A stretch of 64,000 bases of DNA from Paraspadella gotoi. Taxonomy: Eukaryota > Animalia > Chaetognatha. The stretch is taken from the NCBI GenBank assembly GCA_051294375.1, contig JBJCIZ010000028.1, forward strand, positions 2,025,053-2,089,052, given 5' to 3'. The notes below the pieces were generated by a model, which was not told the origin of the DNA, made no database searches, and was given only the letters and a program-made list of their open reading frames with translations. The translations under genes were made by a program, and so were the position numbers. Positions 27,901-39,898 of this stretch are shown here, piece after piece (position 1 is the stretch's first letter; each line of letters begins with the position of its first letter).

Positions 27901-29279
27901 ATTTTTTGTCTGTAAACGTTATTTATAATTTTTTCGGTTATCTAATAGGGTATTCCTGTAAGAGACTATTTTATGAAAACACACTCAAAGTCCTGGGGAT
28001 TTGTAATCCCATTAACTATTTGCTGAATTGCATCAAACAGTTAACGTTCAAAAAGATTATCGACTTAAAACAATTATTTATAAACATAGTCTAATTTAAT
28101 TTAATGAATTTGGAATCTGCACTTATTAATTTCTAAATTCTCATCACAAACCATTATCGGACTTGAATTATCTGACCTATTAAACACTTGATCATTTTAC
28201 AAATTATCGTTACACTTTACGGCAAATCAGTATCACTGGTTGATTTGCGAATAACTGATCAGAAGAAGATATGGTTCGGACGTGAGACGAAAAACAAGCC
28301 ATATCAGATGAATATCTGACAAGAAAGTGTAAAATACCTTTATAAGGCATGACCCTATCAATGAATTCGCAATACTGTCTCATTCATCCATCCTAGTCAA
28401 CTAGAAGTGGATTACAATAACAAAAGGCAATGTCGGTCAATCCAACTTCCCCCATCAAGATGAGACATATAAAGACGGACACAATTATATCTGATCGGTT
28501 AATGGCTGATAGAATGAAACAAGCGGCCACACACAATTAAATATTGTACAGGAGCCTTCGCGAGAGGGGTATTTCCCAGTACATTTTAGAGTCCATCTTG
28601 ATCGACCAAGTACCAGAACGACAACGGTAGTTGACAGTCGAGATCTTAATGAATAAATCCATAAAATTGAATGCCCTTAATACGATACATCAAGTAATAT
28701 AGTTAACACAGAAACCACATGGACCTTGTTGGTATAGATCCAACGTAACGCAGGAGTGAGGCGGAGACAGCACCTTACTGTTCACCCACGACGGGGTACA
28801 AAACAACCTTGGGGTAAGGATTAGCGTCTTTTTCCTTCGTCAAAGTGAAGGGATCTGAATACGAGGAAGCTCGTCATTACATTTAGACCTATGACAAAAC
28901 TGACGGTTGAAGAGGACTTCGCAGGCATGGCGTCCTTTCTTTTCGCGGCCGCCCTCAGAGAGAGCAGTGCGGGACTCCGTCGGGGAGAGAGGATTATCGC
29001 GGCGAAGGACGTTTGAAGGCGTAAGACCTTGCGGAAGACTCCCATGGTCGGACGCTCGCAAATGCGACGGGGTGCGGGGTTCTGGAGGGAAGTTCGGCAT
29101 TTGCTCCGTTGCTCATGTCGCTTCTTCATGCTTGTGAGATTTCATATTACTTTCTTTCTTTCTTTTCTGTTCATTCATTCTTCATTCTTATTTCATTCTT
29201 CATTCATTCATTCATTCATTCTCTCCCTTAATCTCGTTCCTTCTTCTTTAAATCTTCTTTTTCCTTTTTTGACTTTTTA

Positions 29280-29310
<31 letters not shown>

Positions 29311-32300
29311 TCTTCTCCTCTCTCTCTTCTCTCACACCTGGCGAGGCGAGGGTCCTGAAGATGGCCTCTAACGTCAGCGCGGGCGAAGGCTTCATATAGC
29401 GTCACTTCGCTCGAAAGACGTCCAAGAGAGACTCGCTGTCTCTAAAAAAAAGAATAGAGATTTCACCCTTGAAAAAGTGATTTACGTTGGGATTTTGAAT
29501 AGTTTTAGTGATACTGATCACTACCTTATACTATAAACTAAACACACCCAACGCATTGAGCTAAAGTTGATCTGTCGCGGAAACTCACGTCATATGTCAG
29601 ATGAGTAGAACATCGTAGGAGGCGTCTGCGACTGACCCCAACGGACGACGTTAGCTCGTTCATGCGAACTTCTCTCCACCACGACGACTGCACCAGGATA
29701 GCGACCCTCCCCGAGAACCGCCACGACAGGAGGGAGCAGAGTTGGAGGATCATGGAGGAAGGTGCTCTTCCGGGGGGGGCGTTGGTCTCCAGGGGCCATT
29801 AGCAAAGGAAAGGCTTCACCCGAATTTGTTGGATTTGAATTTTTTAGTTAGAAATAGAGTCAACAGACATGATTTGTTGTTTTTATTAAAGGATTACATT
29901 TCAATTTTAAACATGTACATTCTTGTCGGAAAGAAAAAGTCCCGATTTGAATGGAGCACTGATTAGAAGCAGTGTTGGGCAACGAAGACGACCCGCTCGA
30001 TGGACTCGGTCTCAAGACGGGAAAGTGGTCTGGATTGAATTTACACTTTTCGATAGACCCAACGATAATTGTCAGGGACCGACCTTGTTGCGATCGAGAT
30101 AGGTTCGCTTCTGAAATGTTCAAGGAAAATAGGTGGATATGGCATTGGATGAGCAAGTGCACCATCGGTATGATCTTTCTCGTCTCTCGAATCTCTGCTC
30201 TCTCTCTTCTCTTTTCTCTCTCTCAGTCTTGGATCTCGTATTCTCTCTCGGGTCTCTCTTCCTCTACTCTCTGCGATCTCTCTCTTCTTCACCCCGACGA
30301 AGTCCGGACGAGGGATGACCTGAAGTAAAAAGACGCCTTCTCCGCTCTTGGCGCGACGCCAAGCGGCGTTTCTCCGGTGTGCGCGGAAGTTTGATCGAAC
30401 GCCGAACAAATCTTTCTCCGCTCGAGATTGGGCGGACGGGAATCCTCGAACGGACGTAACGACCGAGTGTGTGCGTCGGCGGAGAGAGAGTAAGAGAGGA
30501 AGGAGAAGAAAGACAGCAGAGGAGAAGAGGAGTCGAAAGATAGAACATCAGCTCATCAGCAACGACGATCCGCCTCGTCCAGCACCAAAAGGCTTCGAAA
30601 TAATAGAAAAAGACCAACTAAAACTAGAACGTGTGAGAGAGAGGAAAAGGGAGGAAAGAAAAGGTTAGTGTTGATGCGTGAGCAGTTTTTTCAAAGCGGC
30701 TGACCCCCCCATTTTTGGGTTCTGTCATCTTAATCAACTAGAATTCCATAACTTTATGATATGCTTCTATTAAACGCTTCCTTAATCCTTCCCACAAGTA
30801 GTCGCAATTGTTGCACTGGGAACGGGTAAACCAAGACGTGATACATCTAACCTTCGTTGTAAGTCATGTCTAATGCCTGCTTCGACGCCCTGGCACTAGC
30901 CTAATTGCCTAACAGCCATTATTTCTCCTTAATCCGGTTCTCATTTAACTCCCGGTCCGTAGCGTGCACGCTAGTACTGGAGCCTCTGGCCGCCAACACC
31001 TAAACGGTATATGAAGTCTATATGAGGAGGTACCTTTAAACGCAGAACCCTAGTATACATAGATTAAATCTATTCAAAAACGCTGAAGAACTAATACATA
31101 TTAAATTAAGAAGGCATGAAAACTCTAAAGTATTAGTCTCTTTTAAAAAGGGACCAACGGTTAAATTATCTTAAATGCTGTGAGTTAATTGAAAATTGTA
31201 GTGGTCTGTGGAAATTACACGGAGGACCGCGCACAGAAATTAAGAGTAAACGATAGATGTAGAGGAGGAGACACACACCTCCTCGATCCTCCTCATTCCA
31301 TCTTAGATCGTTTTTCCGGCTCTCGATCAAGACGGAGACGCTACGGTCGAGCGCTCAAGAGTTGAACAAGTCAAAGTATCATCCGATGTGTCGAAACAGG
31401 GTCGGGCGCCACAGCGGGACAAAGCGCTACAGATGACGGAGCAAGACGAGTCGTGCAAGAGGCAATAGGAGAGCTCTTACAATGAAAACATAAGAAAAAA
31501 AGAGGAAGATAGAAGGAAACACATATTCGCCAAAAAATAAATACGATTTAGAATATATAATTGAATTAATAAATTATGTAATGAATATAAATGGGATTGC
31601 TATTGAAAGAATAGAACGCAATGACAATAAGTGAGTTTTTTATAGCTATTAAAACATAATATACACCAAAGCTGACACACCAACCATCATTTCAATAACG
31701 ACATCGACCCTTTTACTTCCGCGGGAATTAAAGCAGCTCGTGTTTAGTCTTCTGGAGAAGAAGATTTTGACCACTCAGGTCACAATATGGTTCAAGGACT
31801 CACCATGCGGCTGAAAGAACGGGATACTATTTGTTGCTGATAGTTCTGCTGTTACCGTCAAATAAAAAAAATAATCAACAAATTAATGTTAGCAAAGGTG
31901 AAAGATATAAATAAGTACAACACATATTAATAAACAACAATAATTACAACAGTAATTAGACCTCGCACGCCTGAGATTCATTTGAAATAACAATTATATT
32001 TAGCCATTCATTCTCAGTATGGTACTCTGATATAAACAGTGATTAGTTTCTTACGGGAAGTGGAAGATGACGCTGAAAGCTAAACGATTTTCACTTTCAC
32101 CTCTGTGACCTAGGATCGTACCACGCGTCAGAATTTGAGGTGTCCACCGTCTCGAAAAAAGGTCGTCTCTAGTCGACGTTATTCCGGTACTGAATCCCCA
32201 GTGAGGTGATGTTTCGTCTCTTAGGTCAAATTGTCCGTTTAGGTCCTGCGCAAAATAGAGAGCCGACAAAAATGGACGGAGATCTGATCGTGGCATCGTA

Positions 32301-35300
32301 TCGATTCGGTGAGTACTCTGTCGTACGTGACCGAAACAAGGTAAGCTCGATTTCGGTTTATGAACTCACCTTGGGCGGCGCCAGAGACGGACACATAAGC
32401 TGGTTAAATATTAACAGTTGGTGACAGGATCCTTCTCCCCCCACAATGTCTGATGGCGGGGGTCGACGTGGTTCTACGTAAAGTACACGTTGTCAAAATC
32501 CTGTGTTGTTTACGTGCACTTACCTTCCGCTTGGTCGCTAAATCAGATACGGATAGTGGTCGCGCGAAATCTCTTCCACATCTCAGTACGGAATGCGAGT
32601 AGTTTGTCGAATTTGATCGTGAGTGAGTGGTTAAGCAGTTGAGTCGTGGGTCCAACTGAGCTAAGGCAAATCGTTCTTTTATGCCGACCTTGCGGCGGCA
32701 ACGATCGGAGGTAGGTTGCGACGGTTAAACGTCGTCGGTGAAACGTGATCATAAAGATGGCCGTCGTCGTCCAGTGGTAAGTTTCCGGCTCCAGCATCTT
32801 GTAGAGACATTTGGCTCGAAGACGCTGAGACCGCGATGACTTCAAGACGTACGTAACTTTTGAGGGGATTGCGGCCATCGAGGACTCGGCGTGTTCATCA
32901 TTGCGCTCAGTGAGGCAGTGACCGAGCAGGTGCAGCGGACGAATACCGGGTGTGTTTCACGGCCGAGGAGAGTCACTCGTCGATATAGAGATGGGATTCA
33001 GAAGGGAGCGAACGTCACGAGATCGGAGATGCACTACTTGGCGGTGAGAAGGGTAAACTATATCAATAAACAAGTTGAATTATTATAAACATTAGCAAAA
33101 TAAATGAGTAAGAGTCAAAAAGATTAGATATATACCTAGTCCTCGCACTTCCCCAGACCACGCCCGACCCGTCTCGAACCGAAAGGCTCACTGCAAGTCC
33201 GGAGTCGACGAGGAACTGGAAGTCGAGGACTTTTGGCGCGACCGATCGTGACGCTGCGGCGGACGGGGGAACGTCCGGCGTCGCGCCAGCAGGCGACGCA
33301 CCGTGTACGAAGACGCTGACCTCCTGTCGAGGATGGAACGCGGGGACCCGGAAAGTGGCGCGGGATGCGAGACGGTAAGATGACGCAGCTGGCGCCGCTG
33401 CCGGCTCGGAGACGTGAGACGCGTCGACGAAGCGAGAATGCCGGCGTCCGGTGGAGGGAAAGACCGAAGGGACGCGATGTAGGATAGGCGGGGACCACGC
33501 TGCTGCTTCACGGGCAGCTTTGTGGAAAGAGTAGGTAAGGCTAAGTAAGGATGATTATTAGAATTAGATTTATTCGCATGGATATGAGTTGAGAATATTT
33601 ATATGCCAAATATTTTATTTTGACCGTTTTTACTTTGGAACATCAATCGCGTGTGTGAGAGGGAGAGAGAGAGAGGAGAGAGAGAGAGAAGAGAGGATGA
33701 GAGACGAGAGAGAGAGAGAGAGAGATAAGATAGATAGATAGACTAGATAGATAGATAGATTAGATAGATAGATGATAGTAGATAGATAGATAAAGAGAAA
33801 GAGATGAGAGAGTAAAGAGAAAGAAAGTAAGAAAGTGGCTTTGAAGATAAGTGAGATGATGGTTTCCTCTCTTGAACCAATCCCCTCGATTCCTCCCGAA
33901 TTTCCATCACCTAATAAGCGGCGTCGATGTCGATCCCGCCCAAAGACTTTACAGGATCTTCAAGGGTGCGTGACGGGTGACGAGGGTTGTGCAAGTGGGC
34001 GTGGTTCGCGTTTTTTCGGCGAAGAAGTCGCCGACCGAAATCGAGGAAGCTTCGTCGTTCGCGCCCCTTCGCTTGCTCAACGCGGGTCAGGAGGGTGGTT
34101 GAGTTTGACACGATCGCCACGAGTATGGAACGATTTCCGACTCCCTTCAAACAAATTTTAGAATAATATATCATTCAGTGGCAATAAGTCATGAGGTCGC
34201 TGTTTGCTGCTGCCACATTCTACTGAATGAAATTATGAATAAATGGTCGTAAAATGTTTTGTATGTTATATTGTTTATGTTTATTACTCGATTTCTTTTG
34301 TTGTCAAATTCAAATCAACTTTCGATGGAATGTTTGCCTTGATCACCCACGAGTTTGGCGCTGAAACAAAAACGCTCTCGGGCTCCACGCGCTCCGCTTG
34401 TCCGGTACTTCTCTCACTTCGCAGCGCTTGCAGCGCCTCATCCCGACGTCGCCCTGCCGCCGCACTGCCGCACGGCCGAAGGTTCGGGGCGTCGCCACAC
34501 GACGGCACGAAGCTGCAGATTGGCGCGTTTGTTCAAAGGCCACGCCACCGAAGGGCTCGATATGCTCTAACATGCAGCGAGGATTGGCGCTTATCAATCC
34601 CGACGGTGTGGATAGACCGAGAATGGCTAGATAAAGATTTAAGATTTAAGATTTAAAGATCTAATATCATCAACGGAATGAATTAAGGATTGGTTGGCTC
34701 CATAAGTGATGTGATTGCTCGTCTCTTCACGGAATCATCAGAATGCGACGAATCAAGACCTATACTTCAACCGCTTAGAAATCACCAATGACCGACAGGG
34801 ATAACCGACGGAGGGATTGATGGCAAAATTGCTCGGAGAAACTCTAGGCTTCACCTCTACCTCAAACTCAAGAAAGAACATTCGCTTCAAAATTTATTGA
34901 ACTGTTTAATTATTGTTTCATACCTTTGTCTTAACCATTTGTCATCGTGTCTGGTTACTATGTCATCACCTAATCATTGTCCGGGTCATAATAATATATT
35001 GTAACCAATACTTTGCCATTATTAATTACATCGTTATTTGACTAGAACGTCAACGATATTTAAATATTTAAAGATTTAAAGATGAAATCGGATTTTAGTC
35101 ATGCTGAGACGGACGACCCTTCATCCCGAGCACCTCGTCGGGAGCATCCATTCGGATTCGCATGATCCAGATTCCCTGAGTTGACGTATATGAAATTGGG
35201 TTTGTTTCTATGGAGAACAAGCGAATCCCGAGTCGATCGGATTCGGCGGGAATTCGAATTTAGATTTGGGAAGATCTGCGCGACCGTGAACGTGAATCTC

Positions 35301-38300
35301 TTCCTTAGATGGAATAAATACATATTTATAATCGTGATTTACAACTATTTGTACAAATTTAGTAAACAGGGCCTTTTGTCGGTGTACAAATTCAAAAACT
35401 AAAAATTAATAAATATTATAAATTAAACTAGAACAACTAAAAGTTCCACAAAAATCGGGGATTTTTCTTGTACGCTTTTTGCGCAAAGCAAAGAACAAAA
35501 AGCTTTAGTACGAAACCAAATTCGCAAAATCGCGAGAAAAAAAAAGGAACATTCAAGTCGTAAATGGGGAAAAAATGATCGATCAATATGGGGCAATTCT
35601 TTTAATCATATTAGTTATTTGCATATACAATCGCTCAAACTCACGGTGGTCTTGAGACAGCTTATCCTGAGTAGGGTGGGATGTACTTCTAGAGGCCCGA
35701 AACAGGTGACGGGCGGAGATTGGCCGTCTTTATCGGCGGCCGAGAGTTGATCCGCCGAGGGAAGAGGGTCTTGAAGGAGGCGTTGCGCTGGGAGGAGAAA
35801 CTCGACCCGTTTCGTTCTCTGATCGTGTTCACATTTTGATGACGATGTTTTTGGGGATGTATTTCCATTTCACGGGTTCCCGATCCTTTCCACACGAGGC
35901 TTTGGTTGCTCGAGATCGTGTGAATTGGCGCGATCGATGCTTGTCGTCATGTTCTTTTATGAATTAGTCACGGATTGTTCAACATCGCGTTTAGCATTAT
36001 GAGTACCCAAAAAATTGTTTTGTTGATGGTTAACGTAAGAAACTTCTTTTTCTGAAATAAAAATATTCTTTCAAATAGATTTTTTTTTTCAGAAAAAATA
36101 GATTCATTCAACTATGATTACAAAAATGTTTTAAAAAACAAAGCTTGGTTTTAAGAAAAGCGTCACATTTAAAACACCAAAAGATGTGAAAATGAAAAAT
36201 TCAAAAATCTTAAGTATTTTCGTAATATTTATACCTCATTTTTAACGAAGTTAAAAAAACAAAACGACAAATCTTGGATGCGTTTTTAAATGAGATGAAG
36301 TCTGCGATTAAACGGTATCGTCCAAAGTGCAAAATAGTTTAGTTAGTGCGGCGAGAGAATGATCAAGTCCTTAAATTTCTCTCTACTTCCAGGTATTCTA
36401 AACCAGACGAAAAAAAGGTAAGACGAAAGGGGCGATAGAAGTAATCCGAATACATTCATTCGGGTCGGTCAGTCATTTCAGCGAAGGTCTTCTTCTATCA
36501 TCTTCGGCCCTCATTTCTTGCGGCTCTCCATTGGTACAGCTGCGTCAGATCAACTCCCGATGTTCTTCTTCCAGATCAGTACGATCCGTTCGCCCATGTC
36601 GTCGATCCGAGAGATTGATCTGATCCGAATCTGCTGGAACCGTTCTGCATCTGACCAGCAAGTGCCACGAGGCGTAGATCTTGATGTTTTTCGCGGTCCG
36701 CCGAGGCGGGGGACGTGATGCTTCGTGTCGGACATTTTTTTATTATTAGCGACAAAATATATCTTAATATTCAAGTGTCACGAGGACGCGTTTGTTTGAT
36801 CGCTTAATTTATTGAATATTAAGGACTGCATTATCGGTGAGAACAAAACTTACTAGAAAAATATTATTTGATTTTAATTTTGTTTTCTTTTCTTTTTGGT
36901 TGTTTGTTGTTTTTTTTCTATTTAAAGAGGTTTCAACTTAAAATCGAATGTTTTTTTTTCTTAAATATAAATGTTTTCTTTCTCTTCCTTTCAATTTCTC
37001 ACAATACTTCCCCCACACACACACAAATGTATCAACCCTGCTCTCCACCGGTGCCTCTCTCGCCCTTTGGCGAATTCAAGCATCTCATTCCTGTCGGCGA
37101 TGTCCCTTCGCCGAGATACGGTCACAGTGGATGGAGTTTCGAAGGGAAACTTTATTTCTTAGGAGGACTCGGCCCAAAAGGAGAAGGAGGCGATTTGGTG
37201 GAGATGACACTACGACCGGGAATGTTTTTAAACAATCAGTTGATTCAATTCGATCCAGAGAATAATTGTTTTTCTCTTTTCCCTACAAAAGGTCAACCGC
37301 CTTCCCCTCGAATCTTTTTTGCTGAAGCTCGATTGAAAGAAAATGTTTACATTCATGGCGGATGGGGTAATAAAGTTCTTAATGATTTCCACTTTTTGAA
37401 CATGAAGAGTCAAAGTTGGTCATCGCTGACATTTGGTCTTCCTGCTGCCATTTGCCATCACACCCTCTCCCCCATCTCAGCCTCTCAACTCGTCCTGGTT
37501 GGCGGCCTAACTTCTTCCGGTCCATCAAAAAAAATATTCGTTTTCGACGTCAAAGACTCGAGTTTTACAAAAGTTCAGAATCTTCCTTCCGAATTCTGCG
37601 GCGACGATGAAGGGTTGTTTGCTCATCGCGCGATCGTCGTCACGAAAGAAAAGCGAGCGACGGGTCTTATCTGCGTCGGAGGATATCTTGATGGCAATAA
37701 TAACAAACATCCAAATCACATCATCAAATTCGATCTTTAACTTTCTGGTGCAATTCCTTTACGTTGGCAAATCCAAAAATGAGAGTGTACAGGAGAGATT
37801 CAACTGGGTTAACATTGGTTTAAGTATATTATAAAAAAACTAACATTTATTAGAAATTTAGAATACAAAATCTTTTGATCTCATAACTGTTTGACAAATC
37901 AATTTTGTAACGTTTGTAATGTTGGTATCTTTGTATTCTTTTAATAAATCAGTTAATCATTAACATTTGTAATGCAAAGTAACGTCAAAAGTAATAAACA
38001 GTTTTACAGTTAATTTTAATTTAATTTTAATTTGTCAGCATATAGTTAATTAAACATGCGGCTATTACTTAACTTATTTACAATATTTTTTTCATTCAGG
38101 GAGAGAGAGAGAGAGAGAGAAAAAAAGAGAAAACAAGAGAGTAAAAACAAGAGAGTGAAAGAGAGAAAGAGAGAAATAAAGAGACACATTTGATTTGATT
38201 GGTAATGCTTAAAAATGTGACGGCCAACACAATAAATATTTTTACAGAGCAGTACATAAATTTATGTTCAAACGAAAAGTATTAAGTCTACATAATTTAC

Positions 38301-39837
38301 AAATATAAAAGTAATTTAAGTTAGTTATCATCGAACCCTTTCCGTTTTTTATATTCCAGAGAGATGAGAGAGAAAGAGTGCGTAGAGAGGAGAGAGTGGA
38401 AGAGAGAGTAAAGAAAAGTAAAAAAAAATTAAGAAAGAAAGGAAGAGGCGCGAGACGTGAGTTGAAGGAGGAGAATGTGTTAGGAGAGAGAGGTAGGAGC
38501 CGAGGTCACCCCCGAGCACGACGGGACTTTTCCATTTCTCTCTCAATCCTCACCTCGCATTTTGTTGGGCGACGACTCTTCCAACCTTCGGAATTCGTTC
38601 GTCGGGTCGCGGCGGCGGTGGCCATTCCTGTTTCTGAAGCCGTCTCGGCGGCCGGCGTGGTCGTTGCGGGTTTGGCCGTCGGCTGCGNNNNNNNNNNNNN
38701 NNNNNNNNNNNNNNNNNNNNNNNNNNNNNNNNNNNNNNNNNNNNNNNNNNNNNNNNNNNNNNNNNNNNNNNNNNNNNNNNNNNNNNNNNNNNNNNNNNNN
38801 NNNNNNNNNNNNNNNNNNNNNNNNNNNNNNNNNNNNNNNNNNNNNNNNNNNNNNNNNNNNNNNNNNNNNNNNNNNNNNNNNNNNNNNNNNNNNNNNNNNN
38901 NNNNNNNNNNNNNNNNNNNNNNNNNNNNNNNNNNNNNNNNNNNNNNNNNNNNNNNNNNNNNNNNNNNNNNNNNNNNNNNNNNNNNNNNNNNNNNNNNNNN
39001 NNNNNNNNNNNNNNNNNNNNNNNNNNNNNNNNNNNNNNNNNNNNNNNNNCTGCATCCTGTTCTGAAGCGTCGGCGGCGGCGTCGTCGTCGTTTCCCGTCG
39101 CTGCGTCACCAATACTGAGGTGAAGGGGGGGGGGACGGAATGAAGAAAGGATTATATTATGACCGACATAATTCGGTTTACTTTTGTTTTTGGAACGTCA
39201 TGACAGAAATTTAATTCAAGAGATTAATTTTTTTTCCCCCAGCTCTTACAATATTATATATGCGATTTTATTCAAATACAACAAGGTTGATTCAGTACAC
39301 TCATCATCGACAAACAAACATAGACTAAGTCTGAGCAAACAAAAAGCATAATAAAATAGAGAGAAAAAAAAAAACCAAAAACAGTTAATTAAATAAAATT
39401 AATTCATTAAAATGTAAACAATTAAAAATTGTTTTTATGTTGTAAAAAACGGAAGGAGTTTCTGAAGAACGATTATTAAATATTACATTATTACATATTT
39501 ATAACACATTATTACACATTTATTACACAATATTACATATTACACTATTAGTATTACATTGGTTTGCACTTAACGATTAATATTTAGTTCAGTCAACGTC
39601 AAGTAGCCTTTCAAAAGGTTTTTTATTTTTATTTTTTTTTTATCAAGATTTTTTTCAATTCCTAATTGTAAGCACTAATCACAATCTTATTTCTTTTTTT
39701 TTGTTCGTACCTGTAGAAATACAATAATTTTCTTTTAAATATACATTTGTATTCACGCTTCTTGTTTTCTAAACCCAAAATCTTTGTTTTACCTTCAGTG
39801 CAAAAACAATTTGTTAAATTACAATGTTAACATTAAG

Positions 39838-39898
<61 letters not shown>

